The notes under the pieces were generated by a model, which saw only the letters and a list, made by a program, of their open reading frames with translations, searched no databases and was not told where the DNA came from. Positions 24,330-36,935 of a DNA stretch of 64,000 bases are shown here, in pieces (positions within the stretch are counted from its first letter, which is position 1; every line of letters starts with the position of its first letter). The stretch is from Macrostomum lignano (lineage: Eukaryota): positions 124,001-188,000 of the forward strand of contig NIVC01001634.1 in the NCBI GenBank assembly GCA_002269645.1. The letters are read 5' to 3'. The translations under genes were made by a program, and so were the position numbers.

Positions 24330-24485
24330 GTGTACACCCGACCGCTTGGCGAGTTCATCTGCGACATTCTGCCGGAGGAGCAGGAGCGCCTGCGGCGTCC
24401 CGGAGGCGTCTGCTGCCTGCCCGACGGCTGGCTTGTGGTGGCCGACACTGCTGGCAATACGGTGAAGAAATTTCGCTACACTTGA
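24330..24485 (+). CDS. TRIM-NHL exon 7/7, last NHL repeat and stop
   Basis: TTTCCTCGCAG|VYTRPLGEFICDILPEEQERLRRPGGVCCLPDGWLVVADTAGNTVKKFRYT*. Not in the ORF track. Confidence 0.9.
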   Translation: MYTRPLGEFICDILPEEQERLRRPGGVCCLPDGWLVVADTAGNTVKKFRYT

Positions 24486-24599
24486 TGACCTCGACAGGAC
24501 CTTGCTTTGTGGAATTGCTTTTTGAATGAGTCGATTTTTAAAGATAATATTCGCCCTCCCTTGATGAGATTCGTGGATTTTTAGTGAGACTCATCGATA

Positions 24600-25550
24600 T
24601 GGGTGAGATTAGTCTATCTGTAGTGAGATTCGTCCATTCTGGGGTGAGATTCGTCCATCGGGTGAGATTCGTTCGTCTGGGTGAGATTCGTTCATAGAGG
24701 TGAGATTCGTTCATAGAGGTGAGATTCGTTCATAGAGGTGAGATTCGTTCATAGAGGTGAGATTCGTTCATAGAGGTGAGATTCGTCCATCTGGGATAAA
24801 ATTCGTCCATCTGGGATGAGATTCGTCCATCAGAGGTGAGATTCTTCCATCTGGGGTGAGATTCTTCCATCTGGGGTGAGATTCTTTCATCTGGGGTGAG
24901 ATTCTTCCATCTGGGGTGAGATTCGTTTATCTGGGGTGAGATTCGTTTATCTGGGGTGAGATTCATCCATCTGGGGTGAGATTTATCTATCTGGGGTGCG
25001 ATTCGTTTATCTGGGGTGAGATTCGTCCATTTGGGGTGAGATTCATCCATCTGGGGTGAGATTTATCTATCTGGAGTGAGATTCGTCCATCTGGGGTGAG
25101 ATTCGTCCATCAGAGGTGAGATCATCTATCTGGGGTGAGATTCATCCATCTGGAGTGAGATTCATCCATCTTGGGTGAGATTCGTTTATCTGGGGTGAGA
25201 TTCGTCCATTTGGGGTGAGATTCATCCATCTGGGATGAGATTCGTCCATCTGGGGTTAGATCATCCATCTGGAGTGATATTCATCCATCTTGGGTGAGAT
25301 TCGTTTATCTGGGATGAGATTCGTCCATCAGAGGTGAGATTCGTCCATCAGGGGTGAGATTCGTCCATCAGAGGTGAGATCATCTATCTGGAGTGAGATT
25401 CATCTATCTGGGGTTAGATCATCCATCTGGAGTGATATTCATCCATCTTGGGTGAGATTCATTTATCAGGGATGAGATTCGTCCATTTGGGGTGAAATTC
25501 ATCCATCTGGGGTGAGATTCTTTCATCTGGAATGAGGTTCGTCCATCTGG
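24600..25550. repeat. 20-bp minisatellite GTGAGATTCGTCCATCTGGG downstream of the TRIM stop (possibly 3'UTR)
   Basis: Direct tandem array. Confidence 0.92.
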
Positions 25551-26924
25551 AGGGTGGATTTTGTTTATTTTATTTTATTTAGTTGCCTCATCAAGTGAGA
25601 TTTCTCCAAACTGCGTAAAACCTCACTGAGAAATGTGCACTAAATGTACTCAATTAATTTGAATTGCTTGATTGAGATGTTTAGTTATGCATAAAAAAGT
25701 TTTTAATAGTTTTTCACGGTTCGAATTGCACCTTTGAAAACTAGTTGTTTTTCTGTTCTGTTGAGAACATAGTCAGCTAGAATTAATATTGATTGATTGT
25801 GATTTATGCTCAATTCTTATAGTTGTTGCCATAAATAATTTGTGCAAACAGAGCAGATTTTTTACCTTTAATCTTTCGTTTAATTTTTTTCATTTTTTTT
25901 GTTATCATTTGCAATCCGGCACTTTTTTAATTTAGCGCCTTTTTAAGTTAGTCCTTTACCTTAACAGCCTACTGACTTGCTGATATCAGTAGACAACTAA
26001 GCGCACCAACGTTATTATTTGCTCATTCCGCCTTCATTTAGTAGATTATTAAATTTGTTTTTTTTGTTTATTCTTTCGCTAGTGCAAAGCCAGGTAAATA
26101 AACTGTAAAAACTGCTTAAACCACCTTTCTTTATCCGCTGAGGAGCAGGACAGGCTGGAATTTTTTTTTAAGTTTTATCAACTTTGATAAAATAAATACA
26201 CAAAATTGTCTGCGCCTGCGCACCCGCTTAGTTAAACAAATTATAATTTGGGTGTTGCTGTTGAATTTTAAATTATTTACTCGACATATCGGTAGGGTAT
26301 TGTTGGAACTGAACTGAATTTGGTGCAGGACTGCTTTGCCCCCTGTAAAGCCCACAACAGTCACCTTTCCACTTCTCTCTCCCTTCAATTTTTTCAGCAA
26401 TGCAGTGCGGTTATCTTCTCTTATCTTGCACGAGAGTCAGTTGCGGTGATTACGTAATCTGTCGCGCTTGCTTCGTAACATATATGGGATAGGTTAGCAG
26501 GTGAGCCAGGCTGCCTGATATCAATATACTACGATAGCGTATATTGGTATTAATAACTTTACTAAATATAATACTGCAAAGTATAAATCTTTTATCTGTA
26601 GTTCTGAAAGCCTTTTAAAGATTATAGCTTAGAACTATATTATTTTAGTATAGAAATTACCAAATTTGGTATGTTCAAAAGTTGAAGCAAAATTTAAGAA
26701 TGAACAACCAATGAATTATATGTTATATATTTATAATTTTGTAGTGTAACACGCTAATAGAACACATTGGCGGGCTAAAAAAGATGTTGAGCAAAATAAC
26801 AATGGTACATGATGCAATATTGACTTCGATTTTGTGAAGAAAACTTGATAAGTATTTTTTAATGAAACGAAACTTATATTTGCCTTGTGTTTATGAAAAT
26901 TATGCATGAGATACAAAAAAGTTG

Positions 26925-27135
26925 CTATGATGTTGTCGCTATGCCGTTGCTATGGTGTTGCTATGCGGTTGCCATGCTGTTGCTATGCGGTTGCCATGCT
27001 GTTGCCATGCTGTTGCCATGCTGTTGCTATGCAGTTGCCATGCTGTTGCTATGCGGTTGCCATGCTGTTGCTATGCTGTTGCTATGATTTTGTCGCTATG
27101 CCGTTGCTATGCTGTTACTATGCTGTTGCTATACC
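26925..27135. repeat. 11-bp repeat GCTATGCTGTT / GCCATGCTGTT
   Basis: Direct. Confidence 0.85.
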
Positions 27136-27560
27136 GCTGATATGCTTTTTCCGGCATTTTTATAAGATAATATTGGCAACTCAGAATCAATTCTACGAGT
27201 AGTTAAAAGCATTCACAGGGTACGCCATGCGAAATTATGATTCAAAAACATTTCAGAGCAAAATAACAAACGAACGAACAAAAAATAAAATAATAGAAAT
27301 TAAATCCCAGCAATATTTGGGGATAAATCAAGCAGCAAATTCACCGCTCAGGTACAGTTTGTAAACCGGGTACTGATTGAGAAGGAGATTAAAAAAGACT
27401 GCAATAACGAACACCTGAGTGAGTCCGTGAGTGCCCAGAAAAACTCATTTAAATTATCTTGAATTAAAAGTCTTTGTTAATAGTATACGAGCGAACAGAT
27501 TTAAGTACTTAGATTAGCAATCCATTTTATAGTCCCAGATATAACAGATTACCCGAACAG

Positions 27561-28242
27561 TCACAGGTGTGGACTCCTGGCCAGGTGGATGAAGAACTCC
27601 AGCCGGTCACGTGACTCCACCCCGCAGCGGCCGCATCTGAAAGGGTTGCGGCCTCTGCTGTGGAAGGCCATATGCAGGTGGTACATCAGGCTGTCCCTGA
27701 ACAGCATGCCGCAGTGCCGACACTCGCCAGCCTCGACGTCTGGAGGCGTCGACGAGGTTGAGCAGCCGGACGCTGATGAAGAACAGGATGCTGGTGCCAC
27801 CTGCTGCTGTTGAGTAGAAGCAGACTGCAGCTGCTCGAACTGCTCAATCAGACGCTTCTTCTTGATGTGAGACGGAGAGGACTGAGTGGCCGGCAGCTTG
27901 GCTGACAGGTCCAACGGGTGCGTCGCGCTGGCCTCCTCGGTCGGCAGCTGTGGCATCGGCGCCGGGCTGAATGCTGCGACTGCGGCGCTCTGATCGGCGC
28001 CGAAGGGAAAACTTAATCCTCCACTGAAAGGGAGGCCCGGCTGCTGATGAGGCGGAATCAGTGGCGGATGCTGAGGCTGAGGGACTAGCAGAGGTGGTTT
28101 AGGTGCACTGGCGACTTGGTGCGGTTGCCAAGGGGCTGGCAGAAGATGCTGTTGCTGTGGCTGCTGAAGAAACATGACCTGATCCTGCTGTTGACTCAGC
28201 GCGTCAGAGTCTAGCTTAGTTGCTGGGTACACCGGGTGACAC
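27561..28242 (-). CDS. hb: hunchback exon 4/4, C-terminal zinc-finger pair
   Basis: TTGCAG| then ...PLDLS..KKKR..ECRHCGMLFRDSLMYHLHMAFHSRGRNPFRCGRCGVESRDRLEFFIHLARSPHL*. Hunchback-type terminal fingers. Model join(33575-33499,33360-32798,30045-29400,28242-27561) = 1968 nt. Confidence 0.92.
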
Positions 28243-28295
28243 CTGCAAGTTGTAGTGATGGGGTATTGTATTCTAATAAGAATGGGGAGACAGGA

Positions 28296-29360
28296 TGACA
28301 GGACTGAGAGAGACAGGACTGAGAGAGACAGGACTGAGAGAGACAGGACTGAGAGAGACATGACTGAGAGAGACATGACTGAGAGAGACAGGACTGAGAG
28401 AGACAGGACTGGGAGAGACAGGACTGGGAGAGACAGGACTGGGAGAGACAGGACTAAGAGAGACAGGACTGGGAGAGACAGGACTGGGAGAGACAGGACT
28501 GGGAGAGACAGGACTGGGAGAGACAGGACTAAGAGAGACAGGACTGGGAGAGACAGGACTGGGAGAGACAGGACTGGGAGAGACAGGACTAAGAGAGACA
28601 GGACTGGGAGAGACAGGACTGGGAGAGACAGGACTGAGAGAGACAGGACTGAGAGAGACAGGACTGAGAGAGACAGGACTGGGAGAGACAGGACTGGGAG
28701 AGACAGGACTGAGAGAGACAGGACTGAGAGAGACAGGACTGGGAGAGACAGGACTGGGAGAGACAGGACTGGGAGAGACAGGACTGAGAGAGACAGGACT
28801 GGGAGAGACAGGACTGGGAGAGACAGGACTGAGAGAGACAGGACTGAGAGAGACAGAACTGGGAGAGACAGGACTGGGAGAGACAGGACTGGGAGAGACA
28901 GGACTGGGAGAGACAGGACTGGGAGAGACAGGACTGAGAGAGACAGGACTGAGAGAGACAGGACTGAGAGAGACAGGACTGGGAGAGACAGGACTGAGAG
29001 AGACAGGACTGAGAGAGACAGGACTGAGAGAGACAGGACTGAGAGAGACAGGACTGGGAGAGACAGGACTGGGAGAGACAGGACTGAGAGAGACAGGACT
29101 GGGAGAGACAGGACTGGGAGAGACAGGACTGGGAGAGACAGGACTGGGAGAGACAGGACTGGGAGAGACCGGACTGGGAGAGACCGGACTGGGAGAGACA
29201 GGACTGGGAGAGACAGGACTGAGAGAGACAGGACTGAGAGAGACAGGACTGGGAGAGACAGGACTGGGAGAGACAGGACTGAGAGAGACAGGACTAAGAG
29301 AGACAGGACTGGGAGAGACAGGATTGAGAGAGACAGGACTGGGAGAGAGAGGACTGGAGA
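28296..29360. repeat. 15-bp minisatellite GAGAGACAGGACT(G/A)(A/G) (hb intron 3)
   Basis: Direct. Source of the RDRTG and SPVSP ORFs. Confidence 0.95.
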
Positions 29361-29399
29361 GAAAGACAGGAAGGGTTGAGTCCCTCAGCAATGCCTCAC

Positions 29400-30045
29400 C
29401 TTTCAGTGGGTGCCGCAGCCGCCTCCAGCTCAGGCTGCACCTGCAGCTTCAGCCTGGCCTTCTGCTGCCGTCTCCGGGACTTGGCTGCCGAGGCCGCCTG
29501 TTCCTCAGGCATGCTGCCATCCGGGTTGAGGGTTGCCGCTGGCTGGTGGCCGTACTTGCGCAGGTGCTGCCTCAGCGAGTGGCAGTACTTGCTAGCATAT
29601 CCGCAGTCCCGGCACCTGTGCTGATAGACATTGGTGTGGGACTTGAGATGCGAGTTGAGCATGCTGCGGTTCACGCACTGGTAGTTGCATTTGCCGCATT
29701 TGTAGGGCTTGGAGCCGAAATGATTGCGGATGTGGTACTCAAGGTGGTGCTTGTACTCGGTGACGAAGGGGCACTTGGGGCACTGCAGCATCCTGTCGGC
29801 CTTGATGTGCGACCTGGCGTGCTCCCAGAAGGCGGTCTTGTCCTCGGCGGTGAAGTCGCACTGCTTGCAGCGAAGCACCTTCGGGCAGGAGGCGCGGCCA
29901 GTGTAAGTCGGCGGCGGCACCACGCTGTGAAAGTCGCGCACGTGACGACGAAGTCGGCCGCTTGTGCGACATTTGTAGTCGCATTGGGGGCACTGCTGAT
30001 CATAGTGGGTGCCCATGTGCTGGCGGAACGTCTCGCGACTCACGC
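29400..30045 (-). CDS. hb: hunchback exon 3/4, central DNA-binding fingers
   Basis: ...[22 protein letters not shown]...[95 protein letters not shown]. This is the diagnostic Hb finger array. Donor AG|GTGAGG. Confidence 0.97.
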
Positions 30046-30077
30046 CTGAAGGTTTGTGGGTTCGTTTGGAGGGCGTC

Positions 30078-31530
30078 TGACTGTCGTGTCCAACAGGTAA
30101 CTGTCGTGTCTAACAGGTGACTGTCGTGTCTAACAGGTGACTGTCGTGTTTAACAGGTGACTGTCGTGTCTAACAGGTGACTGTCGTGTCGAACAGGTGG
30201 CTGTCGTGTTTAACAGGTGACTGTCGTGTCTAACAGGTGACTGTCGTGTCTAACAGGTGACTGTCGTGTTTAACAGGTGACTGTCGTGTCTAACAGGTGA
30301 CTGTCGTGTCGAACAGGTGGCTGTCGTGTCTAACAGGTGACTGTCGAGTCGAACAGGTGGCTGTCGTGTTTAACAGGTGACTGTCGTGTCTAACAGGTGA
30401 CTGTCGTGTCGAACAGGTGACTGTCGTGTTTAACAGGTGACTGTCGTGTTTAACAGGTGACTGTCGTGTTTAACAGGTGACTGTCGTGTCTAACAGGTGA
30501 CTGTCGTGTCGAACAGGTGGCTGTCGTGTCTAACAGGTGACTGTCGAGTCGAACAGGTGGCTGTCGTGTTTAACAGGTGACTGTCGTGTCTAACAGGTGA
30601 CTGTCGTGTCTAACAGGTGACTGTCGTGTTTAACAGGTGACTGTCGTGTCTAACAGGTGACTGTCGTGTCTAACAGGTGACTGTCGTGTTTAACAGGTGA
30701 CTGTCGTGTCTAACAGGTGACTGTCGTGTTTAACAGGTGACTGTCGTGTTTAACAGGTGACTGTCGTGTTTAACAGGTGACTGTCGTGTCTAACAGGTGA
30801 CTGTCGTGTCTAACAGGTGACTGTCGTGTCTAACAGGTGACTGTCGTGTCTAACAGGTGACTGTCGTGTTTAACAGGTGACTGTCGTGTCTAACAGGTGA
30901 CTGTCGTGTCTAACAGGTGACTGTCGTGTCGAACAGGTGGCTGTCGTGTCTAACAGGTTACTGTCGTGTCTAACAGATGACCGTCCTGTCTAACAGGTGA
31001 CTGTCGTGTTTAAAAGGTGACTGTCGTGTCTAACAGGTGACTTTCGTGTTTAACAGGTGACTGTCGTGTCTAACAGGTGACTTTCGTGTCTAACAGGTGA
31101 CTGTCGTGTCTAACAGGTGACTGTCGTGTTTAACAGGTGACTGTCGTGTTTAACAGGTGACTGTCGTGTCTAACAGAGACCGTCCTGTCTAACAGGTGAC
31201 TGTCGTGTCTAACAGGTGACTGTCGTGTTTAACAGGTGACTGTCGTGTCTAACAGGTGACCGTCCTGTCTAACAGGTGACTGTCGTGTCTAACAGGTGAC
31301 AGGTGTGTGACACTGTCCTGTCTAACAGGTGTGTGACACTGTCTAACATGTGTGACACTGTCTTGTCTAACAGGTGTGTGACCCTGTCTAACAGGTGTGT
31401 GACACTGTCTAACATGTGTGACACTGTCTAACATGTGTGACACTGTCTTGTCTAACAGGTGTGTGACACTGTCTAACAGGTGTGTGACACTGTCTAACAT
31501 GTGTGACACTGTCTTGTCTAACAGGTGTGT
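30078..31530. repeat. 20-bp minisatellite CTGTCGTGTCTAACAGGTGA (hb intron 2)
   Basis: Direct. Grades into a TGTGACACTGTCTAACA variant. Confidence 0.95.
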
Positions 31531-32034
31531 GTCAAGCTGTTTTGCATCCGAAGTAAGGTCCCTTGCTAGTCCATGAACTTAATTTAAGATTTGGATAATT
31601 TTCTCGCAAATAAGTTTTCCAACCAGCTGAAAACGGATACAAAAGACTGTGACGCAACCAAGGCAAGACTGATGCGGAGAAATCAGCAACAAGGAGCTGC
31701 GTGACCAACTGACCACTTGATAGACCGGACTGACAGAACCGCTAATTCAATGGGACTCCGCAGCCCTCCCAGCACACTTCACAGACCGCCAGAGCCCTTG
31801 TTGGTCGTGGCAACAGAACATTTTTCGAATCCCGGAAAGTTTTACTCGAAAAGGTTGGTTAAAAAACTGAAATATCCCCGAGAAATTCAGCCGGCAAATT
31901 GTGGATTTCAGCATTTAGTCACGTTTTGACTTTATTTTTGCCCAGTAAGTTTTAAAGAACAGAAGAATCACGTTTTGAAATTCAGGATTCATAATTTAGT
32001 GAACAGCTGTTCAAAAGAATTTCTGGGGATATTG

Positions 32035-32730
32035 CAGACCCACTAGGGATGTCACAGACTCACTGAGGGATCCAACAGACTCACTGGGGATGTCACAGAC
32101 TCACTGGGAATGTCACAGACTCACTGGGAATGTCACAGACTCACTGAGAATGTCACAGACTCACTGGGGATGTCACAGACTCACTGGGAATGTCACAGAC
32201 TCACTGGGAATGTCACAGACTCACTGGGAATGTCACAGACTCACTGGGAATGTCACAGACTCACTGGGAATGTCACAGACTCACTGGGAATGTCACAGAC
32301 TCACTGGGAATGTCACAGACTCACTGGGGATGTCACAGACTCACTGGGAATGTCACAGACTCACTAAGAATGTCACAGATTCACTGAGGATGTCACAGAT
32401 TCACTGAGGATGTCACAGATTCACTGAGGATGTCACAGACTCACTAGGGATGTCACAGATTCACTGAGGATGTCACAGATTCACTGAGGATGTCACAGAC
32501 TCACTAGGGATGTCACAGATTCACTGAGGATGTCACAGATTCACTGAGGATGTCACAGATTCACTGAGGATGTCACAGATTCACTAGGGATGTCACAGAT
32601 TTACTGAGGATGTCACAGATTCACTGAGGATGTCACAGACTCACTAGGGATGTCACAGATTCACTGAGGATGTCACAGATTCACTGAGGATGTCACAGAT
32701 TCACTGAGGATGTCACAGACTCACTGGGGA
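32035..32730. repeat. 20-bp minisatellite TGTCACAGACTCACTGGGAA (hb intron 2)
   Basis: Direct, in two variant blocks. Confidence 0.95.
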
Positions 32731-32797
32731 TCACGGATGACGATCACAGACTCTCTGGGATCACGGATGATGATGACAATATCCCCCAAGGTCTCAC

Positions 32798-33360
32798 CGG
32801 TGTAGTTGCACAGGTGGCAGGCGAAGATCCCGTGAGCATCACCGTCTGCAGTCGCCGCGGCCGCCTCCGCTTTGCCCACCGCGGCCTCCTGATCCTCGTC
32901 CACCTCATCATCGAGGTCGTCAAGATCCTCAACAACCTCGTCTTCTTCCAGCTCGTCAGCAAGTTGATCCTCCTCGTCAAATTCAAAGTAGGCCACTGAT
33001 GTGGAAGTCGCCGCTGCATCCGTCGGCTGCTTCGTCTGCTTCGTTGTCTCCGACGACCCGGTTGCCATGGAAACGCTTGTTGTCGCTGTCGGAGTTTTCG
33101 GCGGCGACGAGCCGGACTCGATCGAGAAGGCGGCCAGCTCGACGTCAGCGCTGAACGTCCGCTCTTCGCACGAGCGACCTCGTTCTGGTTCGGGGAAATC
33201 CTCTCGAGTCTTGGGATCATTTGGTCGCAGCCGGTGCTCCGCATTTTCGTCCGGGTCATCTTGGCACGATTCCGAATCTGGCGAAGCGGACTGCGCTGAT
33301 TGGCTGGCTGTGGCCTGCGATGCAGATGACGTGGCAAACGCTGATTGGTTGGTGCAGCGC
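32798..33360 (-). CDS. hb: hunchback exon 2/4, acidic region and start of the N-terminal finger
   Basis: TTTTCGTAG|...DEEDQLADELEEDE...GIFACHLCNYT G|GTGAGA. Splices to exon 3 to give [21 protein letters not shown]. Confidence 0.88.
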
Positions 33361-33498
33361 CTACGAAAATATATTGATTGGTAGAAAAAACGATTGGATA
33401 CGCGTATCGAATAATGGTTAAATTTAGTAGCGAGCATTTCTTAGTTTGTCTCAATAGAAAAGTAACAATAAAAATCGACTTGATCATTAAAAGCTTAC

Positions 33499-33575
33499 TT
33501 ATCCGCGACATCGTGACGCAGCTGCCTCGGATAATTTCCATCATCGCGAGTGCTCTGTCCGTGAGCTAGAAACAT
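33499..33575 (-). CDS. hb: hunchback probable exon 1 (MFLAHGQSTRDDGNYPRQLRHDVADK)
   Basis: ATG at 33575. Donor AA|GTAAGC in phase 2, matching exon 2. 138-nt intron. No homology support. Confidence 0.55.
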
Positions 33576-33954
33576 GACTTTAGGCGCAGGTGCGGCTAAA
33601 GGTGCGGTAGTTCCTATATGCCTTATGATATTTCTGCTAATAACTCTGCAGCTCACTCTTCTGCTTTATCTGTCTGCTTCTTTCGTCTCTCCTGTTCTCT
33701 CTTTTTCTATCTTTAGCAGAAATTCAAAACCCCGGTGGTCAATCCCCCCCCCAGTTCTATTTTGCTGGGCTACCGCAACCTCTCCTCTCTCACCGCCGTC
33801 AGCTCCTACGCAATCGCCCTCAGACCCCATGCGGGGGTGCTGTGACGCAACACTGGCTGACCAACCAAGCGGGGTTGGGGAGGCAAAACACAGTTTATTG
33901 GCCAGCAGTGCAGCGGTTGACTGAACTGCTTCTGGTCTGCTCTGGGAGTCTGTC

Positions 33955-34530
33955 CTAGTGTCTGTCTCAGTGTCTGTCCTAGTGTCTGTCTCAGTGTCTG
34001 TCCTAGTGTCTGTCTCAGTGTCTGTCCTAGTGTCTGTCTCAGTGTCTGTCCTAGTGTCTGTCCTAGTGCCTGTCCTAGTGTCTGTCCTAGTGTCTGTCCT
34101 AGTGTCTGTCTCAGTGTCTGTCCTAGTGTCTGTCTCAGTGTCTGTCCTAGTGTCTGTCCTAGTGCCTGTCCTAGTGTCTGTCCTAGTGTCTGTCCTAGTG
34201 TCTGCCGTAGTGTCTGCCGTAGTGTCTGCCGTAGTGTCTGCCGTAGTGTCTGCCGTAGTGTCCTTCCTAGTGTCTGTCCTAGTGTCTGTCCTAGTGTCTG
34301 TCCTAGTGTCTTTCCTAGTGTCTGTCCTAGTGTCTGTCCTAGTGTCTGTCCTAGTGTCTGTCCTAGTGTCTGTCCTAGTGTCTGTCCTAGTGTCTGTCCT
34401 AGTGTCTGTCTCAGTGTCTGTCTCAGTGTCTGTCCTAGTGTCTGTCCTAGTGTCTGTCCTAGTGTCTGTCCTAGTGTCTGTAGTATCTGTCCTGTCCTAG
34501 TGTCTGTCCTAGTGTCTGTCTTAGTGTCTG
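33955..34530. repeat. 12-bp repeat GTGTCTGTC(CT/TC)A
   Basis: Direct. Same unit as 37440-38815 and 40300-40385. Confidence 0.95.
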
Positions 34531-35164
34531 CCTGCGCTGGCATCTGTGCCTATCAGACAAGCTGTGTGCAGGCCAGAAATGAAACTGAGAGAAAAAAATT
34601 CTTTTGCAGTTTTTACTTCTTTTTCATCAATTGCAAATAAAAAATGAAGTCCTTGCGGACGTGGGTGTTCTCTGCGCATTGCGCAACAGAATTATTTAAG
34701 AACGGGGAACAGGATTGCGAAATCTTCAACGTCTCAATGGCCTCATCTTTTGTCTTAGATTTCAATTTTGCTTCTAAGTTTTCATACACCGTTTTTTATT
34801 ACGGGAGAAATTCGTTGACGCAAAAAAGTGGAGGAAAGAATGACAGAGAGGCTCTGATTGATTGATCAGTGTTGTTGCGACACACCTTGCCATGTCTGTT
34901 GAGCAATCAGCACCCCATGCTGTCTGTTTAATAACTGCGATAGAATTTCTCTCGAGTCTAGAAGCATTTCACAGTTTAATTACGAGCGTAAATCTTTTAA
35001 CGTTGGGCAATTTTTTATTTAATCAATTTTTCCTGTTGCTTAAATAGACTTGGGTCCGCTGTGCTGTTGCGTAATTGAATTGTGAAACGTGAAAAATCTA
35101 TAATTTGTTTTAAAGGCTTATTTTGAGTGAGTGCTTAACATAGGAAAGGACAGAGGGGGAGATC

Positions 35165-35893
35165 GGGAGGGAGAGGAGGAGAGAGCGGAAAGAAGAGAAG
35201 GGGAGAGTGGAAAGAAGAGAAGGAGAGAGCGGAAAGAAGAGGAGAGAGCGGAAAGAAGAGAAGGAGAGAGTGGAAAGAAGAGAAGGAGAGAGCGGAAAGA
35301 AGAGAAGAGAGAGCGGAAAGAAGAGAAGGAGAGAGCGGAAAGAAGAGAAGGAGAGAGCGGAAAGAAGAGAAGGAGAGGGCGGAAAGAAGAGAAGAAGAGA
35401 GCGGAAAAAAGAGGAGAGAGCGGAAAGAAGAGGAGAGAGCGGAAAGAAGAGGAGAGGGCGGAAAGAAGAGAAGAAGAGAGCGGAAAAAAGAGGAGAGAGC
35501 GGAAAGAAGAGAAGGAGAGAGCGGAAAGAAGAGAAGGAGAGGGCGGAAAGAAGAGAAGAAGAGAGCGGAAAAAAGAGGAGAGAGCGGAAAGAAGAGGAGA
35601 GAGCGGAAAGAAGAGGAGAGGGCGGAAAGAAGAGAAGAAGAGAGCGGAAAAAAGAGGAGAGAGCGGAAAGAAGAGAAGGAGAGAGCGGAAAGAAGAGAAG
35701 GAGAGAGCGGAAAAAAGAGGAGAGAGCGGAAAGAAGAGGAGAGAGCGGAAAGAAGAGGAGAGGGTGGAAAGAAGAGGAGAGGGCGGAAAGAAGAGAAGAC
35801 AGAGCGAAAAGAAGAGAAGGAGAGAGCGGAAAGAAGAGAAGGAGAGAGCGGAAAGAAGAGAAGGACGGAGCGGAAAGAAGAGAAGGAGAGAGC
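35165..35893. repeat. 19/22-bp purine-rich repeat GAGAGCGGAAAGAAGAG(AAG)GA
   Basis: Direct. Confidence 0.92.
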
Positions 35894-36519
35894 GGGCAGC
35901 GGTAACCCCTGCAGAACAGGTGCATCAGCAGCACGCACCTGCTTATCAGATCTCAGCGCAACCACTTGTAAACAGTTGCTTTAAAGAAGTTTGCAAAGCC
36001 ACCCAACCATGGGCGCCTAGCGGTCTTACAAACTTGAAACTGGACACTGACTAACCTTTACGCAACACAATTGCTGATGAAGCTGACTCGAGGAGCCTGG
36101 ATAGATTGGGGGGGGGGGGAGACAGACCCCCCGTAGAATGACGTTTGAAAATTTTCAGTTCTGTCCTTCAGCCACTTGTAATCAGGCAATAAATCATTCA
36201 GTTTGCGCAATGCAGGTTGCCAAGCGACTGTGCTGTTGCGTCATCAGAATACTCTCTGGTTTCGACTTTCGACTTTCGCTGTAAACAGGGCAATGAGTGA
36301 AACAATTAATTTTATCGCACTTATTTTTAATTATTTATATAACTATTTCCACCTGTCCAGATTAATTAGATCTTTTCAAACAGTTGCGGTTTTAAGACAC
36401 CTGCAGCTTTTCAACTGCTATATTTCTAGCCCAAAATTTCCCGGAATGAACCGCGTATTGCATGGAAAACTTGCACTGCACACCTTGACCTTTGGGTTTG
36501 ATAATTATCACATTGAATT

Positions 36520-36935
36520 TATCTACTCTCAGCTGTCTACTTATCTACCCTCAGTTGTCTACTTATCTACCCTCAGCTGTTTACTTATCTACCCTCAGTT
36601 GTCTATTTATCTACCCTCAGTTGTCTATTTATCTACCCTCAGCTGTTTACTTATCTACCCTCAGTTGTCTATTTATCTACCCTCAGCTGTTTACTTATCT
36701 ACCCTCAGTTGTCTACTTATCTACCCTCAGCTGTCTACTTATCTACCCTCAGTTGTCTATTTATCTACCCTCAGTTGTCTATTTATCTACCCTCAGCTGT
36801 CTACTTATCTACCCTCAGTTGTCTATTTATCTACCCTCAGCTGTCTACTTATCTACCCTCAGCTGTCTATTTATCTACCCTCAGCTGTCTACTTATCTAC
36901 CCTAAATTGTCTACTTATCTACCCTCAGCTGTCTA
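36520..36935. repeat. 22-bp minisatellite ATCTACCCTCAGCTGTCTACTT
   Basis: Direct. Confidence 0.93.

Noticed and set aside
25600-27560. Nanos/Pumilio response element in the hb 3'UTR
   Set aside because: I found no UGUAHAUA match on the hb sense strand by eye. A motif scan could overturn this.
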